Assembly (NCBI GenBank): GCA_034667005.1
Contig: JAXDKU010000003.1
Location: 920 to 64,919, forward strand
Direction: 5' to 3'
Origin: Chloroflexota bacterium
Lineage (GTDB): Bacteria; Chloroflexota; Limnocylindria; Limnocylindrales; CSP1-4
Length of the DNA: 64,000 nt
Each line of letters opens with the position of its first letter. Position 1 is the stretch's first letter. The position numbers and the translations under genes are program-made. Of this stretch, positions 1-9,669 are shown piece after piece. The notes below the pieces were generated by a model that did not search any database, was not told the origin of the DNA, and was given only the letters and a program-made list of their open reading frames with translations.

Positions 1-1790
1 CGCTCGAGTTCGTCGACATCGATAACGAGCCGCACGGCTTTGGAATTACGCGCGACATCAGCGGCCGCAAGGCGTCGGAGAAGCTCCTTCGGGACAGCGA
101 GGAGCGGTTCCGGACGCTCGTGCACAGCTCGCGCGACGCCATCCTGGTCACCGACGGAGCCGGCCGCCTGACCTACGTCAGCCCGGGCATCGAGTTCCTG
201 CTCGGCTTTCAGCCACACGAGCTCATCGGCACCTACGAACGCCGGCTGATCCATCCGGACGACATCCGCATCCGGGACGCGGTGGTCGAGCGTCTGAAGG
301 CGGTCGGGACGCCGCATGCGCCCGCCGAGCTGCGCATGCGCCACGCCAACGGCGAGTGGCGTTGGATCGAGACCATCGACACGAATCGGCTGGAGGACAC
401 GGCCATCCTCGGCATCGTGACGAATGCCCGGGATATCACGGATCGACGCACGCTCGGCGACAGCCTCGCGTTCGGGGCCCTCCACGATCCCCTCACGAGC
501 CTGCCCAACCGGCGGCTGCTCGACGATCGCATCGACGTGGCCCTCGCCAGGGCCGCGCGGTTCGGACATCTGCTGGCCGTGCTCTTCTGCGATCTGGACG
601 GGTTCAAGGAGATCAACGATCGCTTCGGGCACGACGCGGGCGACGCGGTGCTCCAGGAGCTGGCCACACGGCTTCGTACCGCCCTCCGGCCGAGCGACAG
701 CCTGGCCCGCCTGGGTGGCGACGAGTTCGTGGCCGTGTGCGGCGACCTCAATTCGGTCACCGAGGCCGCAAGCATCGCGCGCCGGGTCATGACAGCGGTC
801 GAGCAACCGACCCCGACCGCGGCGGGTCCGGTCCAGTTGACCGTGAGCATCGGCATCGCGACGGTCGGTGGCGCGGATGCGCCGTCCACCGAGGCCGGGA
901 CGCTGCTTCGCAACGCGGACGCCGCCATGTACCGGGCCAAGAGCCGTGGCGGCAATCGCTGGGAGCTGTTCGACGCGGCCATGCAGGAGCGGGCCCGCCA
1001 CCGGCTGGAGCTCGAGGGGGAGCTCCAGGGTGCGCTCGACCGCAACGAGTTCGTGCTGATGTACCAGCCGATCGTGCGACTGGAAGATCACGGCATCGCC
1101 GGGTTGGAGGCGCTGCTGCGGTGGCAGCACCCGGCGCTCGGCCTCGTCCCACCGGCGTACTTCATGGAGGCGGCCGAAGGCAGCGGCCTCATCGTGGCGA
1201 TCGGCGACTGGGTGCTGACGACCGCGGCCCGCCAGATCCGGGAATGGCGACAGGACGCGCCGGACCTCTATGTGTCGGTCAATGTCTCGGGCCGGCAGCT
1301 CAGCGACATGGGCCTGCGGCAATTCCTGCTGAACGTCGCGCAATCCAGCGATCTGCCGCCGGACTCGCTGCGCCTGGAGCTCACCGAGACCGTCCTGATC
1401 GATTACACGGCGGCCGTCCAGGCCGAGCTCGCCCGAGCCGTGGAGATCGGAATCCGCGTCGGGATCGACGACTTCGGCACCGGTTTCGCTTCGCTGACGT
1501 ACCTCCAGCAGTTCCCGATCAGCTTCCTGAAGATCGACCGAAGCTTCGTGACGGACCTTCACCCCAAGGGTGGCTCCGCCCCGCCGGTTCACCGTCCCGC
1601 GCTCCTCGCCATGATCCTCGATCTGTGTCGCACGCTCGAGCTCGAAGCGGTCGCCGAAGGCGTCGAACGGGCCGAGGAGGCCGCCGCCCTCACGGCCATG
1701 GGTTGTGTGTACGGCCAGGGGTTCCTGTTCTCGGAGCCGTTGACCGTCGCGGCAGTCGACGAGTACCTGGGCGCGACCAGGCTGCGTTAG
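1..1790 (+). CDS. PAS/GGDEF/EAL sensor diguanylate cyclase-phosphodiesterase (5' partial; frame open from nt 3)
   Basis: The frame is open from the window start (LEFVDIDNEPHG...). A PAS-like region is followed by an intact GGDEF motif (LGGDEF) and an EAL domain (EALLRW, DDFGTG). Stop at 1788-1790. Confidence 0.85.
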   Translation, partial: LEFVDIDNEPHGFGITRDISGRKASEKLLRDSEERFRTLVHSSRDAILVTDGAGRLTYVSPGIEFLLGFQPHELIGTYERRLIHPDDIRIRDAVVERLKAVGTPHAPAELRMRHANGEWRWIETIDTNRLEDTAILGIVTNARDITDRRTLGDSLAFGALHDPLTSLPNRRLLDDRIDVALARAARFGHLLAVLFCDLDGFKEINDRFGHDAGDAVLQELATRLRTALRPSDSLARLGGDEFVAVCGDLNSVTEAASIARRVMTAVEQPTPTAAGPVQLTVSIGIATVGGADAPSTEAGTLLRNADAAMYRAKSRGGNRWELFDAAMQERARHRLELEGELQGALDRNEFVLMYQPIVRLEDHGIAGLEALLRWQHPALGLVPPAYFMEAAEGSGLIVAIGDWVLTTAARQIREWRQDAPDLYVSVNVSGRQLSDMGLRQFLLNVAQSSDLPPDSLRLELTETVLIDYTAAVQAELARAVEIGIRVGIDDFGTGFASLTYLQQFPISFLKIDRSFVTDLHPKGGSAPPVHRPALLAMILDLCRTLELEAVAEGVERAEEAAALTAMGCVYGQGFLFSEPLTVAAVDEYLGATRLR

Positions 1791-2815
1791 CGGCGCTCGC
1801 TCTGCGGCTCTGCCTGGGCCGTCACCAGCTCGTCCGCGCGGATCTCCTCGGTGGTCGTCGGCTCGGCCGATGGCGCCGGCACCTCGCCGGGGAAGGGCCA
1901 CTCCCAGCTCTCGAGACGGTGCAGCAGCCGGCCCGCGGTGAGGTCGAGCTGGATCGGGGTGACGGCGATCTTCCCGCTGACCACGGCGTGGAAGTCCGTG
2001 CCGGGCTCCGCGTGGCCTGACGGAGGCGGACCGCCGATCCAGTAGTAGGGGATGCCCCGCGGGTCGACGCGCTCGATCAGCTGGTCCTGGTAGATGCGCT
2101 TCCCCATCCGCGTGACCTCGACGCCGTTGCACTGCTCGGGCGTGAGCGCGGGGACGTTGATGTTCAGCAGCTCGCCGGGCCCGAGGCCGTGCTGGAGGAT
2201 GTTGACCGCGGTCAGGTGCGCCATGCGCGTGGCCAGCGTGAAGTCGGGATTCTCGTAGTACTCCTGCGAGATCGCGAACGCCGGGCAGCCGTTGATGACC
2301 GCCTCCATCGCCGCGCTCACGGTTCCCGAATAGGTGATGTCGTCGCCGAGGTTCGCGCCGTAGTTGATCCCCGACGCCACCAGGTCGAAGACCAGGTCGA
2401 AATACCCGAGGAACGCGAGGCTCACGGCATCGGTGGGCGAGCCATCCACCGACCAGCCCGTGGTGCCATCGGCGAGGGTTCGCTCGCGCACGCGCAGCGG
2501 GCGCATGAACGTCTTTCCGTGCCCGACGGCCGACTGGTTGGTCTCCGGCGCCACGACGTAGACGTCGCCGATGGGCTGGAGCGACTGCGCGAGTGACAGC
2601 AGCCCGCGAGACTCGATGCCGTCGTCGTTCGTGACGAGGATCCGGGGCCGCGGATCCCACTCCTCCAGCGGCCGTGCCTTGCGCGGCGTTGCGCGGCCCT
2701 TGGCGAGGTGCCGGTCGCCGGCGGAGAGCGGCTCGCCACGCTCCCGGTCCACGTCGCGTCGGGCGGCCTGCTTGCGGTGGCGGCGTCCCTCGCCGGTGCC
2801 ACGCTGGTCCGTCAT
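1787..2815 (-). CDS. surE: 5'/3'-nucleotidase SurE
   Basis: ILVTNDDGI...VVAPETNQSAVGHG is the SurE signature. The ATG at 2815 overlaps the upstream gene's stop by 4 bp (ATGA). Confidence 0.85.
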   Translation of the reverse strand: MTDQRGTGEGRRHRKQAARRDVDRERGEPLSAGDRHLAKGRATPRKARPLEEWDPRPRILVTNDDGIESRGLLSLAQSLQPIGDVYVVAPETNQSAVGHGKTFMRPLRVRERTLADGTTGWSVDGSPTDAVSLAFLGYFDLVFDLVASGINYGANLGDDITYSGTVSAAMEAVINGCPAFAISQEYYENPDFTLATRMAHLTAVNILQHGLGPGELLNINVPALTPEQCNGVEVTRMGKRIYQDQLIERVDPRGIPYYWIGGPPPSGHAEPGTDFHAVVSGKIAVTPIQLDLTAGRLLHRLESWEWPFPGEVPAPSAEPTTTEEIRADELVTAQAEPQSERR

Positions 2816-4011
2816 GCGGTGTCCTCGCCGAGTGCCCCCTCGACGTCCGGGCCCGTGATCGGGGGTGGAGCTGGGACCCGGACGCGGCGGCCCTCGCGCT
2901 GCTCCACGCGCAGTGCGGCCCGGGTCGTCACGTCGCGCGCCCCGCCCGTCGTGCGCTGGAGGTAGTAGAAGAAGAACGTGGAGATCACCGCGGCCACCGG
3001 GATCGCGAAGATCGCGCCGATGACGCCCTGGAGCTTCAACCCGATCAGCACGGACACCAGCACGAGCACCGGGTGAATGCCCACGGTCCGCTCCATCAGT
3101 CGCGGCTGGAGGAAGTTCATGACCACGAACCAGCCGACCCACATGACGATGAAGATCGGCAGCACGGCATCCGGCTTGGCGACGAGCGCGGCGACCACGG
3201 GCGGAGCCCATGAGACGAAGGGCCCGAAGAACGGGATCATCTGGAGGATCGCCACGGCGGCCGTGGTCACCGGGATGTAGTCGACCCCCAGGACCATGCT
3301 CGCGATCGCCGCGACGGTGCCGTAGACCAGACCCTGGATCGCCTGCCCGCGCAGGAAGCCGCCGAACGATGCCGCCACGCTCTGCTGGAAGAGGTTGGCC
3401 TCGTCGGACCAGCGCGGCGGCACCAGCCGGTTGACGAACGTCAGGATGCGCTCCTTGTCGATGACGATGAAGAGCGACAGGAACACGATGATCAGCAGGT
3501 TGCCCAGCAGCCCGAGGCTTGCCAGGGCGAGGTTGGTCAGCGGGACGACCAGCGTCCCTGCCAGATCCTGCAACCCGACCACGGCCTGCTGCGCGACGCC
3601 CTGGAGGTCCACCTTGAAGCCCAGCGATTGCAGCCGCTCCTGCCACGGCGCGAGGATGCCCGGCAGCCGATCCTGGAATCCGGGCAGCCCGCGGATGAAG
3701 TCGCCGATGGACGAGGCCAGCGTGGCCGCCACGAGCAGCACCAGCCCGATCAGGACCACGAACAGAGCGGCGTAGACGAAGACCACGACGATCGTGCGCG
3801 GCAGGGTCGGCACGGCCCGGAGGATCCCGTCGACGAGCGGCGACACCATGAAGGCGAACAGCCACGCCAGGATCAGGATCACGAGGATGTCGCTGAAATA
3901 GAGGACGACGTTCGAGACGAGGCCCAGCAGCAACAGGCCGACCGCGAGGGTGCCCAGCACCAGCAGCGCTCGCAGCCAGCGTCGCTCCGACTCCGGCAGC
4001 CTCGAGACCAT
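2812..4011 (-). CDS. AI-2E family transporter (PerM/YdiK-like, UPF0118)
   Basis: Polytopic membrane protein with the AI-2E pattern (FFGPFVSWAPPVV, LQPRLMERTVGIHPVLVL). GC3-rich codons. Confidence 0.82.
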   Translation of the reverse strand: MVSRLPESERRWLRALLVLGTLAVGLLLLGLVSNVVLYFSDILVILILAWLFAFMVSPLVDGILRAVPTLPRTIVVVFVYAALFVVLIGLVLLVAATLASSIGDFIRGLPGFQDRLPGILAPWQERLQSLGFKVDLQGVAQQAVVGLQDLAGTLVVPLTNLALASLGLLGNLLIIVFLSLFIVIDKERILTFVNRLVPPRWSDEANLFQQSVAASFGGFLRGQAIQGLVYGTVAAIASMVLGVDYIPVTTAAVAILQMIPFFGPFVSWAPPVVAALVAKPDAVLPIFIVMWVGWFVVMNFLQPRLMERTVGIHPVLVLVSVLIGLKLQGVIGAIFAIPVAAVISTFFFYYLQRTTGGARDVTTRAALRVEQREGRRVRVPAPPPITGPDVEGALGEDTA

Positions 4012-4180
4012 GCAGGGAGTCTAGCGCGGCGTCCGGCCTCGTCCGGGCCGCTTCGCAGCGACCCGAGACGGTCGAATCATGGGGATTGATAAATGGCTGA
4101 CGGATGGCGCACCATCCGTGCGCTCTGGGGGATGGCTGGCCGGCCCGTCGCCGGCTGCAACGGGGATGGAGGGTGAAGAC

Positions 4181-5245
4181 GTGGCCCGTCCGGTCCTAGC
4201 GCGGCCCAAGGTCATCACGCAGCTCGACGGAACGATCTGGGGTCCGAAGAACTGCGCGTTCGCGACCGCGGCGTCGCTGGCCTTCGCCGCGTCCGGCGGC
4301 AAGGTCAGGGTCACCCCGATCCAGATGCGCCGCCGCGCCGGCGACACGGTCTGGGTCGACAACGCGAAGCAGGAGGATGTCGATCGGCTCGGACCGGCCA
4401 ACATCAAGGACCAGAAGCGCGCGATCCTCAACCCGAGGACCGTCCAGGAGTTCGCCGACGTCGGGCTCCGACCGCCGCGGATGCGCAACCTCGGCAGCGC
4501 AAGGCCGAAGGACGTCCGCTCGTACCTCGCGCGTGGCGCCACGGTCAGCGTCGCCATCGGCTACCACGTGATCAACGAGCAGGCGCCGAATGCGTCGGGA
4601 CAGCGGGACTTCCGCACGAAGCTCGCCGACGGGCACTCGGTGCGCCTCCAGGGGCTGTTCCACGCCGACAAGACGCCCGTGAAGCGTGGCGAGCTCTGGG
4701 ACCAGCAGAACTTCACCTACATGGTGGATCCGCTCGCGAACGGCCGGGTGCGCGACGGTCGCCGCGTGGCCTGGGGTCCACAGTTCCTTCCGCTGCGGAT
4801 CGTGTTTGCCGCCGCCGCGGCTGTGCCCATCAACGGCGGGACGCGCATGCTCGGCGAGGGCCAGGTGCTCGCGATGGCCGTCTTCCCGTCGAGGCCGCTC
4901 CAGGACGACCACGACGGCCAGGACGACCACGACGACGAGCCCTCGGCGGCCTGCGCGGGCGTGGAACAGCAGCGCGACGCGGCACTGAGCCGGGTCGCGG
5001 ATCTGGAGGACGTCATCCGGGCGGTCCGCGCGGAAGCGCTGGAGGCGACCGGCGAGCTCGCGAAGGTGGTCGACGCCGCGTCGGTGAAGCTCGACGACGT
5101 CGACGGGACGGCTCCGGGCGGCGACGAGCAGGACGGCTCCGACAGCTTGAACGAGGGTGGCGAGTCTCTCGTCCCCGACCCGCCGACGTCGGTGGACACG
5201 CAGATCCTCGCCGAGGCGAAGGAACCGACCGGACCGAACGTCTGA
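4181..5245 (+). CDS. hypothetical protein with an acidic low-complexity C-terminal tail (start uncertain; ORF opens at 4079)
   Basis: GC3-rich ORF. GGAGGG lies 7 nt before the GTG at 4181. No TM segments. An NCAF Cys and several His are present. The last ~110 aa are D/E-rich (DDHDGQDDHDDE...). Confidence 0.5.
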   Translation: MARPVLARPKVITQLDGTIWGPKNCAFATAASLAFAASGGKVRVTPIQMRRRAGDTVWVDNAKQEDVDRLGPANIKDQKRAILNPRTVQEFADVGLRPPRMRNLGSARPKDVRSYLARGATVSVAIGYHVINEQAPNASGQRDFRTKLADGHSVRLQGLFHADKTPVKRGELWDQQNFTYMVDPLANGRVRDGRRVAWGPQFLPLRIVFAAAAAVPINGGTRMLGEGQVLAMAVFPSRPLQDDHDGQDDHDDEPSAACAGVEQQRDAALSRVADLEDVIRAVRAEALEATGELAKVVDAASVKLDDVDGTAPGGDEQDGSDSLNEGGESLVPDPPTSVDTQILAEAKEPTGPNV

Positions 5246-5254
5246 CCGCCGGAC

Positions 5255-6301
5255 CTAGCGGGGGCCGAGCCCCATGAGGTCGTGGCACTCGCGCATGGTC
5301 TCGGCCGCGAGCGGCGCCAGCCTGGCTGCGCCCGCGGCCAGCACCTCCTCGACGTAACCCGGCCGCGACTCGAGCTCGCGGCGGCGTTCCCTCGCCGCCG
5401 CGAAGGTCTCGATGATGCGGTCGGCGAGGAGGCGCTTGACGTCCACGCAGCCCGTGCGCGCCGACCGCTCGCCCTCCCAGATCTGCTCGTAGTCCGGGCT
5501 GAAGAAGCGATGCAGCTGGCACACGTTGCAGACCTCGGGCCGGCCCGGCTGGGTCCGCAGGATCCGCTGCGTGTCCGTGACCATGCTCATGACCTGCTTC
5601 CGGATGGTCGCGTCGTCCGCGAAGATCTCGACGACGTTGCCGGTGGACTTGGACATCTTGTTGACGCCATCCGTGCCGAGGATGACCGGTGACTCGGTGT
5701 GCACCGCCTGCGGCTCGGGGAAGACGTCCCCGTAGCGGCGGTTGAAGGCGCGGACGATCTCGCGTGCCAGCTCCAGGTGCGCGTCCTGGTCCCGGCCGAC
5801 CGGCACGTGCGTGGCCTTGTAGATCGCGATGTCGGCGGCCTGGAGCACCGGGTAGCTGAGCAGCGCGAAGTTGACGTCGTCGGGCTGGCTGCGCTTCTTC
5901 TCCTTGAACGTCGGCGTCCGCTCGACCCAGGAGACCGGCACGACCGAGGCGAGGAACCACGCGAGCTCCAAATGCTCGGGGCGGTCCGACTGGCGGAAGA
6001 GCGTCGAACGCTCCGGGTCGAGCCCCAGCGCGAGCAGGTCGAGCGCCATCTCGCGCGTGTTCCGCCGGATCAGCTCGCCGTCGTGCGTGGAGGTCAGCGC
6101 GTGGTAGTCGACGATGCAGTAGATCGCCTCGTGCGTCTCCTGCATGGCGATGTAGTTGCGGAACGCGCCGAGGTAATTGCCGAGGTGCGGCAGGCCTGAC
6201 GGCTGGACGCCGGAGAAGACGCGTTCGCGCACGGCGCGCGGCGGCGGGGCAGGGATCGGGCTGGTGGTCGTCACGGCGGCCGAGTCTATCAGCGTGCCCA
6301 C
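5255..6301 (-). CDS. trpS: tryptophan--tRNA ligase
   Basis: Class I aaRS HIGH-like motif (PHLGNYLGAF) and KMSKS. Length fits TrpS. The start may be an internal GTG (6274 or 6232), because hom starts divergently only 14 bp away. Confidence 0.88.
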   Translation of the reverse strand: MGTLIDSAAVTTTSPIPAPPPRAVRERVFSGVQPSGLPHLGNYLGAFRNYIAMQETHEAIYCIVDYHALTSTHDGELIRRNTREMALDLLALGLDPERSTLFRQSDRPEHLELAWFLASVVPVSWVERTPTFKEKKRSQPDDVNFALLSYPVLQAADIAIYKATHVPVGRDQDAHLELAREIVRAFNRRYGDVFPEPQAVHTESPVILGTDGVNKMSKSTGNVVEIFADDATIRKQVMSMVTDTQRILRTQPGRPEVCNVCQLHRFFSPDYEQIWEGERSARTGCVDVKRLLADRIIETFAAARERRRELESRPGYVEEVLAAGAARLAPLAAETMRECHDLMGLGPR

Positions 6302-6315
6302 CTACAATCGGCGGC

Positions 6316-7599
6316 GTGGGAGGGCTTCCGTCACAGGCACCTCTGCGCGTCGCGCTGCTCGGCCTCGGAAACGTTGGCCGGCCGGTCGCTGCGCGCCTGC
6401 TCGACGATGCCTGGCGCGCCCGCGTCTCGGCGGCGGGCATCGTGCCGCCGGTCCTGGTCGCTGTCGGCGTGCGTGACTCCGAGCGCGCTCGCGGCATCGA
6501 TCTTCCCGACTCGGTCCGCCGCACGGACGATCTCATCGCCGCGGCCGCGGATCCGGAGATCGACGTGGTGATCGAGCTGGTCGGCGGCACGGACGGCGCC
6601 CGCAGCGCGGTCGAGTGTGCCGTCGAGGCGCGCAAGTCGATCGTCACGGCGAACAAGGCGCTGCTTGCGACGTGCGGCCCTGCCCTGGAGGCCGCGGTCC
6701 GCGGAGCGGGCACGGCGCTGCGGTTCGAGGCGGCCGTGTGCGGCGGCACACCGGTGCTGGGGCCGCTGGTCCACGACCTGGCGGCCAACCGGATCGACGC
6801 GGTGCGCGGCATCGTGAATGGCACGACGAATCACATCCTCTCGGCCATGGCCCGGGACGCGCGCTCCTATGAGGACGTCCTCGATGAGGCACAGGCGCGC
6901 GGCTACGCCGAGGCCGATCCGAGCGGCGACGTCACGGGCATGGACTCGGCGCACAAGCTGGCGATCCTGATGCGCCTCGCATTCGGGGCGTGGCCCGATG
7001 TGGCCCGGATCCGCCGAACGGCGCCCGTCGTGGATGCGCAGCCACACGAGGGCATCACCGGCGTCCAGGCCGCGCACCTGCGCAAGGCGGCCGGCCTGGG
7101 GCTGACGCTCAAGCTGGTCGCGCGCGCGGAGCGCGCCGCAGACGGGGCGCTGCTCGCCGGCGTGACGCTCGCCGCGGTGCCGCTCGGCTCGCCGCTCGGC
7201 GAGGCGAACGGGGTCACCAACGTCGTGGAAGTGGTGGGCACGCCCATCGGCCGCGTGGCGTTCCGCGGTCCAGGGGCGGGGGGTGACGCCACGAGCAGCG
7301 CGGTCCTCGCGGACCTGCTGGCGCTGGCGCGCGGGGAGGGCTCGACCTGGGACCCGCTCCCTCCAGCCGGCGCAGCCGAGGTGGCCGACGATCTGGAGGC
7401 TCCCCGGGCGTGGTACTTCACGGCCCCGGAGCTCCTCGTCGGCACGCTGCCCCGCTCGGTCTCGGACGTCGTCCTCGTATCCGCCGAGGACGCCATCGTG
7501 ACCCGGCCGATGGATGCCGACGACCTGCGCGTCCGGCTGGCGGGGGCGGGCTATACCGACCTGACGCTCTACCCGGTGCTGGAGATGGGGACGGCCTGA
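6316..7599 (+). CDS. hom: homoserine dehydrogenase
   Basis: N-terminal LGLGNVG Rossmann motif, ANKALLA, GIVNGTTNHIL and a C-terminal ACT-like region. Confidence 0.88.
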   Translation: MGGLPSQAPLRVALLGLGNVGRPVAARLLDDAWRARVSAAGIVPPVLVAVGVRDSERARGIDLPDSVRRTDDLIAAAADPEIDVVIELVGGTDGARSAVECAVEARKSIVTANKALLATCGPALEAAVRGAGTALRFEAAVCGGTPVLGPLVHDLAANRIDAVRGIVNGTTNHILSAMARDARSYEDVLDEAQARGYAEADPSGDVTGMDSAHKLAILMRLAFGAWPDVARIRRTAPVVDAQPHEGITGVQAAHLRKAAGLGLTLKLVARAERAADGALLAGVTLAAVPLGSPLGEANGVTNVVEVVGTPIGRVAFRGPGAGGDATSSAVLADLLALARGEGSTWDPLPPAGAAEVADDLEAPRAWYFTAPELLVGTLPRSVSDVVLVSAEDAIVTRPMDADDLRVRLAGAGYTDLTLYPVLEMGTA

Positions 7600-8717
7600 T
7601 GCGAATGAGCGAAGTGCTGCGCCAGTTGCGCGCGGAGCAGACCAAGAGCATCGGGGCACGGCCGCGGCTGCTCCAACGGTTCGAGCCGTTCCTGCCCGTA
7701 TCGGAGAAGACGCCGGCGCTCTCGCTGGGCGAAGGCTTCACTCCGTTGGTCCATGCTCGGAGCCTGGGCCGGGCCATCGGGTGCCCATTGCTCTACCTCA
7801 AGTTCGAGGGCATGAATCCGACCGGATCCTTCAAGGACCGCGGCATGGTGCTGGCCGTGGCCAAGGCACTGGAGGCGGGCGCGGAGGCGATCATCTGCGC
7901 GTCGACGGGCAACACCGCGGCCTCCGCCGCGGCGTACGGGGCGAGCGCCGGCATGGAGGTCGTGGTCGTCCTGCCGATCGGCCAGATCGCCGCGGGCAAG
8001 CTGGTGCAGGCCCAGGTCGCCGGCGCGAGGGTGGTCGGCATCCAGGGCAACTTCGACGACGCCCTGCGCGTGGTGCGCGAGATGATCGAGAACCAGTCGC
8101 CCGAGCACCCGCTGACCCTCGTCAACTCGCTCAACCCGCACCGCCTGGCGGGGCAGAAGACGGCGGCCTTCGAGGTCTGCGAGGACCTGGGCGGCGCGCC
8201 CGACTACCTGGCGATCCCGGTCGGCAATGCCGGCAACATCAGCGCCTATTGGCAGGGCTTCCTCGAGTATCGCCAGGCGGGGCTCGTGGAGACCGTGCCC
8301 GTGATGCTCGGCTTCCAGGCGGCGGGCGCGGCGCCGCTGGTGATCGGGGAGCGGGTCCTGCATCCGGAGACGGTCGCGACGGCGATCCGCGTCGGCGACC
8401 CGGCCAGCGCTGACCTCGCTAGGCGGGCGCGCGACGAGTCGGGCGGCCGGATCGACTCCGTGACCGACGACGAGATCGTGTCGGCCTACCGCGACCTGGC
8501 CCGACATGAGGGCGTCTTCTGCGAGCCGGCGTCCGCGGCGTCGGTCGCGGGGATCCGGAAGCTCGCCGCCGAAGGCGCGATCGATCCGGGGGCCACGATC
8601 GTCTGCGTCCTGACCGGCCACGGCCTCAAGGACCCCGACTTCGCGACGCGCAATAGCGCAGCGATCCTCCACGCTGAGCCCACGCTGGCCGGCGTGCATG
8701 CCGCGCTGGGCTGGTGA
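7599..8717 (+). CDS. thrC: threonine synthase
   Basis: PLP-lysine motif TGSFKDRG. The ATG at 7599 overlaps the hom stop (TGATG). Confidence 0.88.
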   Translation: MRMSEVLRQLRAEQTKSIGARPRLLQRFEPFLPVSEKTPALSLGEGFTPLVHARSLGRAIGCPLLYLKFEGMNPTGSFKDRGMVLAVAKALEAGAEAIICASTGNTAASAAAYGASAGMEVVVVLPIGQIAAGKLVQAQVAGARVVGIQGNFDDALRVVREMIENQSPEHPLTLVNSLNPHRLAGQKTAAFEVCEDLGGAPDYLAIPVGNAGNISAYWQGFLEYRQAGLVETVPVMLGFQAAGAAPLVIGERVLHPETVATAIRVGDPASADLARRARDESGGRIDSVTDDEIVSAYRDLARHEGVFCEPASAASVAGIRKLAAEGAIDPGATIVCVLTGHGLKDPDFATRNSAAILHAEPTLAGVHAALGW

Positions 8718-9652
8718 GAGTCCGGGTCGAAGTCCCGGCCACGACGGCCAACCTCGGCGCCGGGTTCGATGCGCTGGCGCTCGCGCTCGGGCTGGCCAAC
8801 GTGGTCGACGTGGAGACGACCGACGGAGGCCGGGGCTGGGTCGACCTCGAGGTCGAGGGCGAGGGTGCGGGCAGGCTCAAGGCGGGACGCGGCAACCGCT
8901 TCGTCGGCGGGCTGCGGGGCGGCCTGACGGAGGCCGGCATCGATCCGGATCGCTGGTCGTACCGGATCGGCATGCACAACCAGATCCCGCTGTCCCGGGG
9001 GCTCGGATCCTCGGCGGCGGCGACGGTCGGCGGGCTGCTCGCCGCGCGCGTCCTGGCAGGGCCGGCAGGTGCGGCCGCGCTCACGGCCGAGCGCGTGCTG
9101 GAGATCGCGGCCGGCATGGAAGGCCACCCGGACAACGCGGCGGCCGCGGTCTACGGCGGGTTCGTGGTCGTGGCATCGATGGACGGCGCGCCGAGAGCGG
9201 TTCGCTTCGACCCCCCGGTGGCGCTCGTCTGCGCGCTGTTCATCCCGGAACGGCCCCTCTCCACAGCTGCGATGCGAGCGGCGCTTCCGACCACGGTCCC
9301 GCACGCGGATGCCGTGCACAACCTCGGCGCCGCGGCCCTCTGCGTGGCCGCGTTCGCGACGGGCGACCTCTCGCTCCTGCGTGCCGCGACCGTCGATCGG
9401 CTGCACGAGCCGTACCGGGCTGCGGCGGTCTTCCCGGAGCTGCCGGCGCTGATCGCGGCTGCTCGGGAGGCCGGGGCGCTCGGGGCGTGCCTTAGCGGCG
9501 CCGGGTCGACGGTCATCGCATTTGCCGATTCGGAGCCACGCGCCCAGGCAGCCGGCGCCGCGATGGCGTCGACTGCTGAGTCGCTGGGGCTCGAGGGTCG
9601 CTGGCGGATTGCCAGGCCGGAGTCGCGAGGCGCTTCAGCCGACGTGGACTGA
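8714..9652 (+). CDS. thrB: homoserine kinase
   Basis: GHMP kinase motif PATTANLGAGFD. The GTG start overlaps the thrC stop (GTGA). Confidence 0.86.
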   Translation: MRVRVEVPATTANLGAGFDALALALGLANVVDVETTDGGRGWVDLEVEGEGAGRLKAGRGNRFVGGLRGGLTEAGIDPDRWSYRIGMHNQIPLSRGLGSSAAATVGGLLAARVLAGPAGAAALTAERVLEIAAGMEGHPDNAAAAVYGGFVVVASMDGAPRAVRFDPPVALVCALFIPERPLSTAAMRAALPTTVPHADAVHNLGAAALCVAAFATGDLSLLRAATVDRLHEPYRAAAVFPELPALIAAAREAGALGACLSGAGSTVIAFADSEPRAQAAGAAMASTAESLGLEGRWRIARPESRGASADVD

Positions 9653-9669
9653 GCGACGGGCTCGGGCGC

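Noticed and set aside
5013-6824. 603-aa minus ORF covering trpS and the hom start
   Set aside because: It overlaps two well-supported genes on both strands. Composition is dominated by Arg, Ala and Pro, and there are no domain signatures.
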